64,000 nt of DNA from a plasmid: sequence record NZ_CP023526.1. One strand, 5' to 3'. The notes beneath the pieces are model-generated. The model did no database searches, was not told the DNA's origin, and saw only the letters and a program-made list of their open reading frames with translations. The position numbers were made by a program, and so were the translations under genes. This document shows positions 1-9,825 of this stretch, piece by piece; position 1 is the first letter of the stretch; each line of letters begins with the position of its first letter.

Positions 1-474
1 CATGCCAACGCCGGCATGTACACCGGTGGCCCCTTCGTCGACACCGACCCCGACACCATCGCGAAGCTCCTCGACCTCAACGTCACCGCCACTTTTCGCT
101 GTATCCGCGCTGTCCTCCCCGCCTTTATCGCCCGACGCGGCGGGGATATCCTCCTCACCAGCTCCGTCGCCGGGGTCGTCCCTGTGGCACACGAGCCCGT
201 CTATACCGCCTCCAAGTTTGCCCTCCAGGGCTTCGTCCACAGCCTCCGCCGGCAGCTCTCTCCCCACGGGGTCCGCGTCGGGGCCATCCTTCCCGGCCCG
301 GTCAGCACCGCCCTGCTCACCGCCTGGCCCGAGGCAAAACGCCGCGAGGCCCTGGAGACCTGCGCCCTCCTGCAGCCCGCTGATGTCGCCGAAGCCGCGC
401 TCTTTATGGTCACCCGGCCCCACGACGTCGTCATCCGGGATCTTGTGATCCTCCCGGCCGGGGTGGATCTCTGA
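1..474 (+). CDS. short-chain dehydrogenase/reductase (SDR), 5'-truncated by the window edge; C-terminal ~158 aa identical to 13797..14267
   Basis: The reading frame is open from base 1. The translation is identical to the C-terminal half of the 285-aa ORF at 13410..14267, including the YTASK active-site region. GC is about 68 %. Confidence 0.8.
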   Translation, partial: HANAGMYTGGPFVDTDPDTIAKLLDLNVTATFRCIRAVLPAFIARRGGDILLTSSVAGVVPVAHEPVYTASKFALQGFVHSLRRQLSPHGVRVGAILPGPVSTALLTAWPEAKRREALETCALLQPADVAEAALFMVTRPHDVVIRDLVILPAGVDL

Positions 475-745
475 CGCCTTCCTGCCCGGACACTCAGACA
501 GCTGCTCTCACGGAGACCTCAACGACGCCGGGAACCCGGCCCCGGCGCCTGAGGACAAGTCCGGAGAGGTGCCCTGTCCGCCAAAAGTCGTGCCCCATGG
601 CGCTTATGGGACTATGACTCACGTCCTTCTACTTTCATCAAAGTGTTGATATTCGTTACTCTTTAGAAAGAGTACCCCCCCTTCTCAATAATCAATGCCG
701 TATGGACTTAACAACGGCCGCTATGAGCGAGGAACGGAAGTTCGT
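1..745. repeat. copy 1 of a >=745-bp direct repeat (copy 2 at 13797..14541); left end cut by the window
   Basis: Bases 1-745 align with 13797-14541 with about 5 mismatches and 1 indel. Identity stops right after the 'aacggaagtt' motif in both copies. Confidence 0.9.
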
Positions 746-1043
746 TTTCAGGTAACATACTCCATATGCAAGAGGTTCTCTAAAAGAGAATGGGGCGTCT
801 AAGCGGGATATTTACCGCTTCGCGGCACTCTTATGCTCGGAGACGCAACCTGTACCACCACTTTCTGATGCCCCCGCGAGGGCATCAGAAAGTTATTATC
901 TGAAAAACACCCGCGCGGTCATCAGGGACAAGCGTTGCAATGGTAGTCTTTCCATTTCAGGAATCAGGGTTTAGGGAGCTGCAGAGCAGCAAACGCCGTT
1001 AAGCGCTCATTTTAAATGGGTATTAAGGAAAAAGAGGTACTTT

Positions 1044-1493
1044 ATGAAGCTTAAACATCTGGGCACATCGGTGCTGCTGGCGGCAATGGTTTGCTGGAGT
1101 AGTTTATCTACAGCAACCAGTGAGCAGGAAGTGAATGCAAGGCTCGATCAACTTTTCAATACACACCAGGAATATCATAATTTTCTCGATAACCTGCAAA
1201 CACAGCTCATCAGCGAAAATAAAGTAGAAGTAGCGAAACTGATTTCTTACCCCATTAAAGTTAATATTGATGGTAAAAAGATTAAAATAAAAACGCCGCA
1301 ACAGCTTATCAAATTATACGGTTCCATTTTTACCCCTGCTCTGGTGAAAGTAGTTAATACCCAGCAGTATAAAGATCTGCTTATCAACGCTCAGGGCGTA
1401 ATGATTGGCAACGGGCAAATATGGTTTTCCTCTGTTTGCGGAGATAATCAGTGTAAAAAATCAACCGTGCTAATTACCACCATCAATAAATAG
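1044..1493 (+). CDS. hypothetical secreted protein (N-terminal signal peptide)
   Basis: 149-aa ORF with an N-terminal hydrophobic segment (LGTSVLLAAMVCWSSLSTA). AGGAA-like RBS upstream. Low GC. Confidence 0.55.
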   Translation: MKLKHLGTSVLLAAMVCWSSLSTATSEQEVNARLDQLFNTHQEYHNFLDNLQTQLISENKVEVAKLISYPIKVNIDGKKIKIKTPQQLIKLYGSIFTPALVKVVNTQQYKDLLINAQGVMIGNGQIWFSSVCGDNQCKKSTVLITTINK

Positions 1494-1962
1494 GGTACTG
1501 TCGTATCAAGACGAGGCCGGGTAATATTCTGCTTTTTTTGATATTACCTGACCCCAACTTTGATCCGGCTCGCCTGCAGAAGCCTGTATGGTCCCTTTTA
1601 TATCAATGAATAATGTATCTACTGGCATCTGGTGTACCTACTCAGCCTGTGTAGTCAGGTCACGGGAATAACCCTCTTATAGTACAATAATCCCCTGTCT
1701 CCAAACTGACCTTAACTAACAGAGAACAGTCCGGCTTCAGCTTCCTGCCATATATCGATCGTAATATTGGCCGGGCGGGTATTCGTGGAACGTAGTCCCG
1801 CTCGAAAACCGTCTGGAATTCCAGATTCGCACTAACATCTCATTTTTGGCATTTATCTACAGGGCCTGCCTGATAATTTGTTTTGTATCAATTATCACCT
1901 GCGTTTTTTTTATTTTACTTCAGTTGTCTCCTTCATTCCTTAAAACCTTAAAAGGATTATTT

Positions 1963-3063
1963 ATGAGAACAATACAGTCACCAGGTAAATATATCCAGGG
2001 GCCAGACGCACTGTCCTCCCTGAACGGCTATATCAAACCATTAGGTTCACGCTGGTTAGTCCTTGCAGATCCGGTGATGCAACAGCATCTGCACCGCTTT
2101 TCTGCTCAGGGTACTGACGAACTGCATTTCCATACAGAGTTATTTAAAGGGGAGTGCTCTCACCAAGAGATTCAGCGTATCTCCGCGCTGGCTGAACGCC
2201 ACCAGTGTGAGGGGATAATTGGTTTTGGCGGTGGAAAAGTCTTCGACACAGCCAAAGCGGTAGCCTTTTACCAGAACCTGCGATCGGTCATGCTGCCGAC
2301 CGTTGCTTCCACTGATGCACCAACGAGTGCTCATTCGGTTATCTACACCGAAGATGGAGAGTTCGACCAGTATCTGTTCTCTCATTCCAACCCGGACATG
2401 GTGGTTGTTGACAGTACCATTATTGCCAATGCCCCGGCTCGCCTGCTGGTGAGCGGTATGGGAGATGCGCTTTCTACCTGGTTCGAAGCGCAGGCGTGTT
2501 ATGAATCCCGTTCCACTAATATGTTTGGTGGGCAAACCACTCGCGCAGCGCTGACACTAGCTCGTTTATGCTATGACACGCTACTGCAGGAAGGCAAAAA
2601 GGCAAAAATATCGGTGGAGCAAAAAGTCTCCTGCCGATCACTGGAACGTATCATTGAAGCCAACACTTATCTCAGTGGCATTGGCTTTGAAAGTAGTGGG
2701 CTTGCTGCAGCACATGCCATCCATAACGGTCTGACCCTGCTTGATGACTGCCGCCGTTTCTTCCACGGAGAAAAAGTGGCATTTGGCACACTGGCACAGC
2801 TGGTGTTGCAGAACAGCAGCAATGCACAGATTGACGAGGTGTTGGATTTCTGTGTCTCCGTTGGTCTGCCAGTATGTCTTGAGCAGCTCGGCGTGACCGA
2901 AGATGTGCAGAAAAAAATGCGCCTCGTGGCAGGCAAAAGCTGCAGCGAGGGAGAAACCATTTTCAATATGCCATTCAGTATCACCACCGAAAACGTATAC
3001 AGTGCCCTGATTATCGCCGACCAACTGGGACGTCAGAAACTGGGCCTGACAGCGCAAAAATAA
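1963..3063 (+). CDS. gldA: glycerol dehydrogenase (NAD-dependent, Fe-ADH family)
   Basis: 367 aa. 'MRTIQSPGKYIQGPDAL...' aligns along its whole length with E. coli GldA / Citrobacter DhaD as I recall them (GGGK, STDAP and AAHAIHNG motifs). RBS AAAGGA lies 8 nt upstream of the ATG at 1963. The ORF-track start at 1846 is probably too far upstream. Confidence 0.9.
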   Translation: MRTIQSPGKYIQGPDALSSLNGYIKPLGSRWLVLADPVMQQHLHRFSAQGTDELHFHTELFKGECSHQEIQRISALAERHQCEGIIGFGGGKVFDTAKAVAFYQNLRSVMLPTVASTDAPTSAHSVIYTEDGEFDQYLFSHSNPDMVVVDSTIIANAPARLLVSGMGDALSTWFEAQACYESRSTNMFGGQTTRAALTLARLCYDTLLQEGKKAKISVEQKVSCRSLERIIEANTYLSGIGFESSGLAAAHAIHNGLTLLDDCRRFFHGEKVAFGTLAQLVLQNSSNAQIDEVLDFCVSVGLPVCLEQLGVTEDVQKKMRLVAGKSCSEGETIFNMPFSITTENVYSALIIADQLGRQKLGLTAQK

Positions 3064-3094
3064 CCTCCTGTTTAGAGAAAACAAAGGTAATGTT

Positions 3095-4744
3095 ATGAGT
3101 CAGTTTTTTATGAATCAGAAGGCAGACCTGGTCAGTGAAGCGCTGGAAGGTATGTTATGCACCTGCCCTTTCAATAATCTGGCAATGCTTGATGCCGGAC
3201 GGGATATCCGCATAGTGGTTCGTCGGGACTGGGATAAGCGCAATGTTGCGATTATTTCCGGCGGAGGCGCAGGCCATGAACCAGCACACGCGGGTTTTGT
3301 CGGCAGAGGTATGCTTACCGCGGCCGTCTGTGGCGACGTTTTTGCCTCGCCAAGTGTTGATGCGGTGCTGAGTGCCATCATTAACGTCACCGGCGATTCG
3401 GGCTGTCTGCTTATCGTCAAAAACTATACCGGCGATCGTCTTAACTTCGGCCTGGCGGCGGAGAAAGCGCGCAAACTTGGCTACCGTGTGGAGCTGGTCA
3501 TGGTGCGTGACGACATTTCCCTACCGGACAATCCACAGCCGCGTGGCGTGGCGGGAACGGCACTGGTGCATAAGATTGCGGGTTTCGTCGCCGAACAGGG
3601 GAAAACGCTTGAAGAGGTCACCGCAGCGGCACAGGATGCGATCACTAAAGTGGCAAGTATCGGCGTAGCCTTCTCCAGCTGTAATATTCCGGGAGAAAAT
3701 CGTGGGGATCGTGTACAGAACGGCACCTGCGAACTGGGCATGGGGATCCACGGTGAACCTGGCGTAGAGACACTGCAATTCCAGTCCGGGGGGGAGCTGG
3801 TCAGCCTGATGGTGGACAAGCTACTGAGTGCAGCTGATAAATGCAGCAGCAAAGCGCTGCTGATAAACAACCTGGGTGGTTTTTCCGCGCTAGAAATGTC
3901 ACTGCTGACGCGCGAAGTGCTTCGTTCATCACTGGCCGGTGACATTGAACTGCTGGCTGGACCGGCAACGGTCGTCAGCGCGCTGGACATGAAAGGCTTT
4001 TCTCTGTCGGTCATTTCACTGACGGATGCCCTGCGCGAAGCACTGCTGGCGCCAGTGGACGTGGCTGGGTGGCCAGCACTGGTCAGGCCCCATAAACCTG
4101 AAAGGGTAGTGGCAGCAAACCGAATTCCGGAACATCGCTTTGTCCCTTCCAGGAATGAGATAACCCAGAGTGTGCTGGCAACGATCTGCAAGACGTTAAT
4201 CAGAGCTGAGTCTGAACTGAATGCACTGGACGTGCTGGTCGGTGATGGTGATACGGGTTCCACCTTCGCGGGTGGAGCCCGACGGATACTGTCAGCCCTG
4301 GAAAGCGGTCTGCTTCCTCTTGATAAACCCGACGATCTGATGATTGCTGTCGGAGAGCATCTGGCCACTGCCATGGGGGGTTCCAGCGGCGTACTGATGT
4401 CTATTATGTTCAACGCCAGTGGGCAAAAAATGGCCGAAGGAAAAACTTTGGGGGAATCAATTAGTTACGGCCTGAGCCGTATGCAGTACTATGGTGGGGC
4501 AAATATTGGTGACCGTACCATGGTTGATGCACTCAGCCCGGCCTTCTCCTGTATCATTCAGGGGGGGCGATTATCTGAGGTCGCCAGAGCAGCGCATACC
4601 GGTGCTGAGAGTACCTGCTCAATGGCTAAAGCTAAAGCCGGGCGGTCATCCTACCTCACCAGCGATAATCTCGATGGTGTGAAGGATCCGGGGGCATATG
4701 CAGTTGAGCTTGTCTTTGCGGAGCTGAATAAAAGACTATCTTGA
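3095..4744 (+). CDS. dhaK: ATP-dependent dihydroxyacetone kinase (single-chain DhaK/DhaL fusion, Citrobacter type)
   Basis: 549 aa. Its N-terminus 'MSQFFMNQKADLVSEALEG...ISGGGAGHEPAHAGFVG' and its C-terminal DhaL-like half match the Citrobacter freundii DHA kinase, from memory. It sits immediately downstream of gldA. Confidence 0.9.
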   Translation: MSQFFMNQKADLVSEALEGMLCTCPFNNLAMLDAGRDIRIVVRRDWDKRNVAIISGGGAGHEPAHAGFVGRGMLTAAVCGDVFASPSVDAVLSAIINVTGDSGCLLIVKNYTGDRLNFGLAAEKARKLGYRVELVMVRDDISLPDNPQPRGVAGTALVHKIAGFVAEQGKTLEEVTAAAQDAITKVASIGVAFSSCNIPGENRGDRVQNGTCELGMGIHGEPGVETLQFQSGGELVSLMVDKLLSAADKCSSKALLINNLGGFSALEMSLLTREVLRSSLAGDIELLAGPATVVSALDMKGFSLSVISLTDALREALLAPVDVAGWPALVRPHKPERVVAANRIPEHRFVPSRNEITQSVLATICKTLIRAESELNALDVLVGDGDTGSTFAGGARRILSALESGLLPLDKPDDLMIAVGEHLATAMGGSSGVLMSIMFNASGQKMAEGKTLGESISYGLSRMQYYGGANIGDRTMVDALSPAFSCIIQGGRLSEVARAAHTGAESTCSMAKAKAGRSSYLTSDNLDGVKDPGAYAVELVFAELNKRLS

Positions 4745-4951
4745 ATATGGTCAGTAAATTCAGTGCGTTACTAGTTTCAGGTGGCTGTAAAAAGCACTCG
4801 CTCAGACCTAAGCTGGCAGTTACGGGGTTTGAGGGCCAATGAAACGAAAACGCACGTTTATAATGTAATGCATTGTTAGTATTAGATTTTTATTTCCTTA
4901 TGCTCAGTGGGACGAAAACTCACGCTAAGGGATTCTGATGATGTAATTATT

Positions 4952-4981
4952 AAAAAGGATCCACATGGGATCCTTTTTTCG
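4952..4981. terminator. rho-independent terminator, bidirectional (GGATCC stem flanked by an A-run and a T-run)
   Basis: aaaaaGGATCCacatGGGATCCtttttt lies 210 nt downstream of the dhaK stop. Confidence 0.7.
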
Positions 4982-5704
4982 CTGTGATTTTGCAGCTTGA
5001 CTCCTACAGGGCCTTGTAACTGATACCGAATTCCCCGCCACACCGCTAAATATGCGAAGCAATACCTGCTCTGTAGTGCTTCAGGTGTTACAATCAGTGC
5101 ACAAGGGCTCTGATATGCTGTTACCGACATTATTACATTCATCTCAGAGCGCAAGAGTCGCTGCCTGCCCGGAGGTAATTGTGCCAACTGGGCAATTTCT
5201 TCAGACCTTACTTAATATTTGGCATCGAGATATTTATTAAATTTCTAATAGGTACACACTGGTTAGAGGCACTAAAGCACAATGCTGTCGATTATTGCAT
5301 TGATAAATAGCATCAATCCTCTCTTAGCGCTACCAGACCATAAGTCGCAAACAAACACTGCAGTCGGAATGGGTAAAGTGAAGCTGCGGTCAAGGTGCAT
5401 CCCTATGTTCGTGGGCTGTAAAGCCCGCTAACAACTCCGTTATAGATATCGAAGTATTTTTTGAGAAGTTTCTCATGATATATTAATTTAAAGTTGGGGA
5501 TGTATGAATGCCTATAACTCAAGCGTACAGCCAGGATATCAGAAAGAATATTAGTATTTACTTACTGAAAACACTGATGTAGGTGAGTGAGAAATAGTAA
5601 TGTCATATTTTTCTTTATGCGAAAAACATTCAACGGATCCGCCAATGTATTAACATGACCGTTTTATTCAATGGGGCACAGATCAATGAGCCTACAATGT
5701 TTGA

Positions 5705-6397
5705 TTGTATCATTTACCAATGGTTGAGGAGGCTTCATATGAAAAAAACTCTATTTTCCAATTGGGTGAATATTGTTACTCCAGTAAAAAAGTGTTGATA
5801 GCGAGCATTCAAAATTATCTTGCCAGGACTAATGATGGAGAGGTAAGCCATCCTGAAACTATTCAAAAGCTGCATTACCTTTTGTTAATGCACCCTAAGG
5901 CAAAGTATAAAATAGGCGCAGGCGTCAAAAAATTTTTAGTAACATCTAATGAATTGGGGTCAGGTAAGGGTTTTGAAATATTACGATATGACAATACGAA
6001 GGAACGTTTTTCATACAAAACTTGTATCAATGGTCAAAAACAGACTCAACGCTCAAAGTCCGTTGAGGCCCTTCGTTTTTCTATTAGACAACAAATGATT
6101 GATTTTAGAAAAAGTTTAAAGTTGCCTTTAAACTGTGCAATATCTGGTTTGCCTATACATCATCATGATGAAATCCATATCGATCATCGCATTCCATTTT
6201 GGGAGCTGGTTTTAAATTTTCTTCATGAATATAATTACTCATTAATTCAGTTAGAAACTTGTGGTTCTGGTGAATATTTAAAACTCATTGATGAAAACAT
6301 AATCAAGGAGTTTTATTATTATCATAAAAAAACAGCCATACTTCAACCAACATTAATAAAATATAATATTGAAAAAAGTGGCAGAGCATCATATTGA
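5705..6397 (+). CDS. orphan HNH / His-Me-finger-like nuclease domain protein
   Basis: 230-aa low-GC (~32 %) ORF. The 'HHHDEIHIDHRIPF' motif resembles the HNH H-x-D-H-I-x-P core. No flanking ATPase or methylase gene. Confidence 0.4.
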   Translation: MYHLPMVEEASYEKNSIFQLGEYCYSSKKVLIASIQNYLARTNDGEVSHPETIQKLHYLLLMHPKAKYKIGAGVKKFLVTSNELGSGKGFEILRYDNTKERFSYKTCINGQKQTQRSKSVEALRFSIRQQMIDFRKSLKLPLNCAISGLPIHHHDEIHIDHRIPFWELVLNFLHEYNYSLIQLETCGSGEYLKLIDENIIKEFYYYHKKTAILQPTLIKYNIEKSGRASY

Positions 6398-6697
6398 TAA
6401 TTTGGCCAGCAGGGGTATTTGAACACCTGTCTACGTTGTTGAGCGGCTTGCAGAGATCGAGCAGGAACGGCAAAGAGCCGCGCTATCAGGCAAAATAATA
6501 CACTGAGCATGATAGTTCCGGGTGGTGTGCCAGATTCTGAATTTTGGTCAACTCATTCTCCCTATTTTCCATCTTATGATAAAACGGAGCTGCAGGTGGG
6601 TGATTTTTTGCTGCGGTAAGGCAGGGACGAATATTCAGCGGTAAGTTTGCAACCGGAGTGTGATACACGACCCGCAAAATGACAGGGAAATACAGGT

Positions 6698-6991
6698 ATG
6701 GACATGAATGAATGCAGAAAGAGTGTGCAGGCCATTGACGAACAGATGTTGTATCTGGCCTCCCATGGTGTGAGAAGGCCAGTGGATATCCTGGAGCATA
6801 TGGCCGGGCAGATGCCGGTATTGCATCGCATCTGGACAGAAGTCTCTGACGGGCAACTGTCGGAACTGGCCGCTGAGTTTCCGGGGTTTCGTGCCCTTGC
6901 GGTGATGACGGAGGCCGCCTGGCTGGCAGTGCAGAGCAAAACTTCCCGGTCATACGATGACATGCCGGTGTTCAGCGACCGCTACAGATAA
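6698..6991 (+). CDS. hypothetical protein (IncF backbone, upstream of finO)
   Basis: 97-aa ORF with ordinary codon usage, directly followed by the next ORF at 6995. Confidence 0.5.
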   Translation: MDMNECRKSVQAIDEQMLYLASHGVRRPVDILEHMAGQMPVLHRIWTEVSDGQLSELAAEFPGFRALAVMTEAAWLAVQSKTSRSYDDMPVFSDRYR

Positions 6992-6994
6992 TGG

Positions 6995-7255
6995 GTGAAC
7001 AGTACACTCACGCGGGGGGCGGAGCTGGAGCAGGACTGGCAGCGCTGTCGGAAAAGCGGCGATGTCGACGGGACCCCTGAGCTGCTGCAGTTGTGCCGGG
7101 CCTGGAAACAGGATGTGCAGGATTTGCTGGCCACGCTGAAGGCCGATGCGCAGATTTTACCGTCACAGCGGGCCTGTGTCGCGGCAGTTCTGCTCCCCAT
7201 GATAGACCGCATCGTCAGCCCGTCTGCGCTGCAGAACGAAAGGAGTCAGAAATGA
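6995..7255 (+). CDS. hypothetical protein (IncF backbone, upstream of finO)
   Basis: 86-aa ORF. Its stop overlaps the start of the finO remnant. Confidence 0.5.
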   Translation: MNSTLTRGAELEQDWQRCRKSGDVDGTPELLQLCRAWKQDVQDLLATLKADAQILPSQRACVAAVLLPMIDRIVSPSALQNERSQK

Positions 7256-7680
7256 GCCATGACCGCCCGGTTCTGTCCCTGAAGCGAAAAACCGTGACGC
7301 CGGAGACCGGCGATACTTCGTCAGTAATGCCTACCCGCCGCACGGTGATACTGGCTGCCGGGCCGGAGGCAGCGTATCTCCGGTATCCGCGCCAGCCAGT
7401 CCCGGGTGTCCACATGGTCGCCCTCCCCGGCTGATGTCGGCAGAGCAGGCCGTCAGCCTCTTCAGTCAGACCTGGTCGGCGTTGTTTGAGGGGCAGCAAC
7501 TGCGCCCAATGAAGAAAGGTATCCGGGAAGATATCTTTGCCGATATCGCGGCCCGTCCGTGTCCCGAAAAAAGGTACGGCGTGGCTGGCTGAGTCTCACC
7601 CGCAGCGAAACGTACGTGGCAGTACGGGTTTCCGTCAGCCCCGCTTTGGGCCTGACGGGCAATCCGTTGGCGTAGTGACA
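7252..7680 (+). pseudogene. finO: finO (fertility inhibition, ProQ/FinO RNA chaperone) disrupted by at least two frameshifts
   Basis: 'MSHDRPVLSLKRKTVTPETGD' (7252..) matches the F-plasmid FinO N-terminus 'RPVLTLKRKTEGETP'. 'WSALFEGQQLRPMKKGIREDIFADIAARPCP' (7434.., +1 frame) matches '[31 protein letters not shown]'. 'LTRSETY' (7590.., another frame) matches 'ITRSESY'. Confidence 0.75.
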
Positions 7681-7790
7681 AAAATGAAGCCGGGTTCAGC
7701 CAGCAACAAGTGAGGAAAGTGGGAGCCTGAGTGCGGGGTTATCTGTCGCCAGAGACCAGGTTACAGCCTTGAGGGAAACACCCATCATGG

Positions 7791-9095
7791 CTAATCAGGC
7801 AATCTGGACAAGCGTTGTCGTTTATTACAGGCTTTCCAGAGCCAGCTTTCCATGATGTAAACAATACAGGCGACGGCAATCGAGTTTATGGCAGGCACTC
7901 CCCGGGTATATTCGAGGCCTACAACACAACCCGCCAGACTTGCGATAATGGCCATCCAGCCTGTGTCCGGGGTGAAATCAGGCAGGGTGTTACGGGTATT
8001 GCTTTCGCGAAGCGTTTCCCGGTGTGTTTTCAGGACGTAGTAATCCATTAACATCACCCCAATAACGGGCGGAAATATAACCCCCAGCAGTGTCAGAAAA
8101 TCCACGAACATATCCAGAATACCCAGGACGGACAGCGTGGTTCCCAGTATTCCTATGACTATCGTGGTGGGTGTATATCGCAGTCTGATACCGGTGAGTC
8201 CCTCAACCACATTGGCAATGCCCAGCGTCGAAGAATAGAGATTGATATCATTGATACGTAAGGTTGAAAACACCACAATCAGGAGCCCGATATTACCGGC
8301 CCCCTGTGACATAATGGCCACAATGTCGGAAGTGCCTGACACGCGTGATATCAGAATAGCGAGCCCGTTGACAACGACTTCACCGGAAACAACCGTTAAC
8401 AGGGTAATACCGAATACCTGGCGCGAATTTCTGGAATACCGTGTTAAGTCCGGGGTGATCAGGCTGGCGACAATGGCTCCACCAACAACAATAGTAGTAC
8501 CGGCACTAATGGATAACCGATGCCCGGTGGGCGGCATCAACAGGATTTCTGTAATCGTATGGTCTTTTAAGGTGTGGTATGAAATAAAGGCAATCAACGA
8601 AACAAAAAGCGGAACCGCAATCCGCGCCGCAATTTTCAGTGCCCGAAAGCCAAAAGCCACCAGAAAAGTCAGAAACAGGCCTGATGCCGAGGCAGCAAGG
8701 GGAAAACCCGGACGACCATGCAGGGCCGCATTCAACGAGCGGGCAAAAATCGCGTTCTGAACGCCAAACCATCCGAGAAGGCTCACCGCAACCACCAGAC
8801 CGATGAGCACAGAACCGTTGCGCCCGAAGCCGCACCAGCGTGCCAGCAGACTGCCGGAAATCCCCTCCCGCATCCCCGCCAGACCCAGCCCCCAGGTGAC
8901 GAGCCCGAATAATAGTCCTCCTGCAGCAATCGCTACCAACGCTGCCGACAGCGTCATCGAATTACCCAGCACGGCCCCCATCATGAACTGGTCCAGTGCG
9001 GTTATCATTCCCATATGAACGATGGCAACGCTCAGAAAAGACGCTTTTCTGTCCGCTGGTACCCGGCTCAGGGGAAAATCATCAAATTTTAACAT
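7791..9095 (-). CDS. NCS1-family nucleobase permease (cytosine/purine/uracil/allantoin type, CodB-like)
   Basis: 434 aa with about 12 predicted TM segments. Overall resemblance to E. coli CodB. Confidence 0.7.
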   Translation of the reverse strand: MLKFDDFPLSRVPADRKASFLSVAIVHMGMITALDQFMMGAVLGNSMTLSAALVAIAAGGLLFGLVTWGLGLAGMREGISGSLLARWCGFGRNGSVLIGLVVAVSLLGWFGVQNAIFARSLNAALHGRPGFPLAASASGLFLTFLVAFGFRALKIAARIAVPLFVSLIAFISYHTLKDHTITEILLMPPTGHRLSISAGTTIVVGGAIVASLITPDLTRYSRNSRQVFGITLLTVVSGEVVVNGLAILISRVSGTSDIVAIMSQGAGNIGLLIVVFSTLRINDINLYSSTLGIANVVEGLTGIRLRYTPTTIVIGILGTTLSVLGILDMFVDFLTLLGVIFPPVIGVMLMDYYVLKTHRETLRESNTRNTLPDFTPDTGWMAIIASLAGCVVGLEYTRGVPAINSIAVACIVYIMESWLWKACNKRQRLSRLPD

Positions 9096-9112
9096 TGGAA
9101 AAACACCTTATA

Positions 9113-9808
9113 TTAAATGAACACAATGCTTTTATTCAGAAGACTTGGGGGGATATAACTGTTCAGAGCTGTATGGCGGCAGTATTCAACAAATTGTTCA
9201 CGGGAATGCACATCAGCTTTGTAATATATTTCCTGCACCCTGTTACCGATTGTCCGGGCACTCAGGTTATAAACTCTGGCAATTTCTTTAATGGAGAATC
9301 GCTGGAGTAACAAAAAAATAATATCGTGTTCCGCTGCGGTGAAATTGCCCTGGCCGGTAACCTCAGTTGTCAGAATGCCTGGTTTAGTTTTGGAGATAAA
9401 ACTCAGCGGGGAGAGAGAGGTCAGCGGTTTTGCATTCCACACAATGCACACCAGCTCGCCTGTCGCGCTAAATACAGGCGTTTTTTCACTAATGAACGGT
9501 AACAGATGGCCCTGCCCGTACCAGTAATCGGTTTCAATTACCGTCACTTTTTTCCGCGATAGCCCGGTCACGCGGTCATGCTCGATTAAGTCAGCAGACA
9601 ACTCAGCCCAGCAGGCCGGAAACTCCGCATCATACTTTCCTTCAAAGTCAAAATTTGACGGTGTCAGCGTATAGCTCAGGGCTGCAGCATTCATGTAAAG
9701 ATGACGTGAATCCGGGAGTTTGAGCCCCCAGGGTTCATCCAGATGTTCCAGCATGCTGACTAAAAGAGAAATATCCGAACCAGAGTCAGAAGGCAGAACC
9801 TTACTCAT
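9113..9808 (-). CDS. LuxR/GerE-family transcriptional regulator
   Basis: The C-terminus 'EHDIIFLLLQRFSIKEIARVYNLSARTIGNRVQEIYYKADVHSREQ' is a typical LuxR-type HTH. The N-terminal ~150 aa is an unknown sensor domain. Confidence 0.7.
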   Translation of the reverse strand: MSKVLPSDSGSDISLLVSMLEHLDEPWGLKLPDSRHLYMNAAALSYTLTPSNFDFEGKYDAEFPACWAELSADLIEHDRVTGLSRKKVTVIETDYWYGQGHLLPFISEKTPVFSATGELVCIVWNAKPLTSLSPLSFISKTKPGILTTEVTGQGNFTAAEHDIIFLLLQRFSIKEIARVYNLSARTIGNRVQEIYYKADVHSREQFVEYCRHTALNSYIPPSLLNKSIVFI

Positions 9809-9825
9809 TTCGCACAGACCACCGG

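Noticed and set aside
3481-4413. 310-aa minus-strand ORF inside dhaK (and a 101-aa ORF at 3115-3420)
   Set aside because: They are antisense to a confidently identified gene. Their Ser/Ala/Arg/Pro-rich low-complexity translation is typical of an open antisense frame in GC-rich coding DNA.
6486-6963. 155- and 129-aa minus-strand ORFs overlapping the finO-proximal hypothetical genes
   Set aside because: They overlap each other and two plus-strand ORFs that align with IncF backbone organisation. Their translations are Pro/Ser/Cys-rich with no start context.
8242-8760. 172-aa plus-strand ORF antisense to the NCS1 permease
   Set aside because: It is fully embedded in a 12-TM transporter gene on the opposite strand, with no RBS and no motif.
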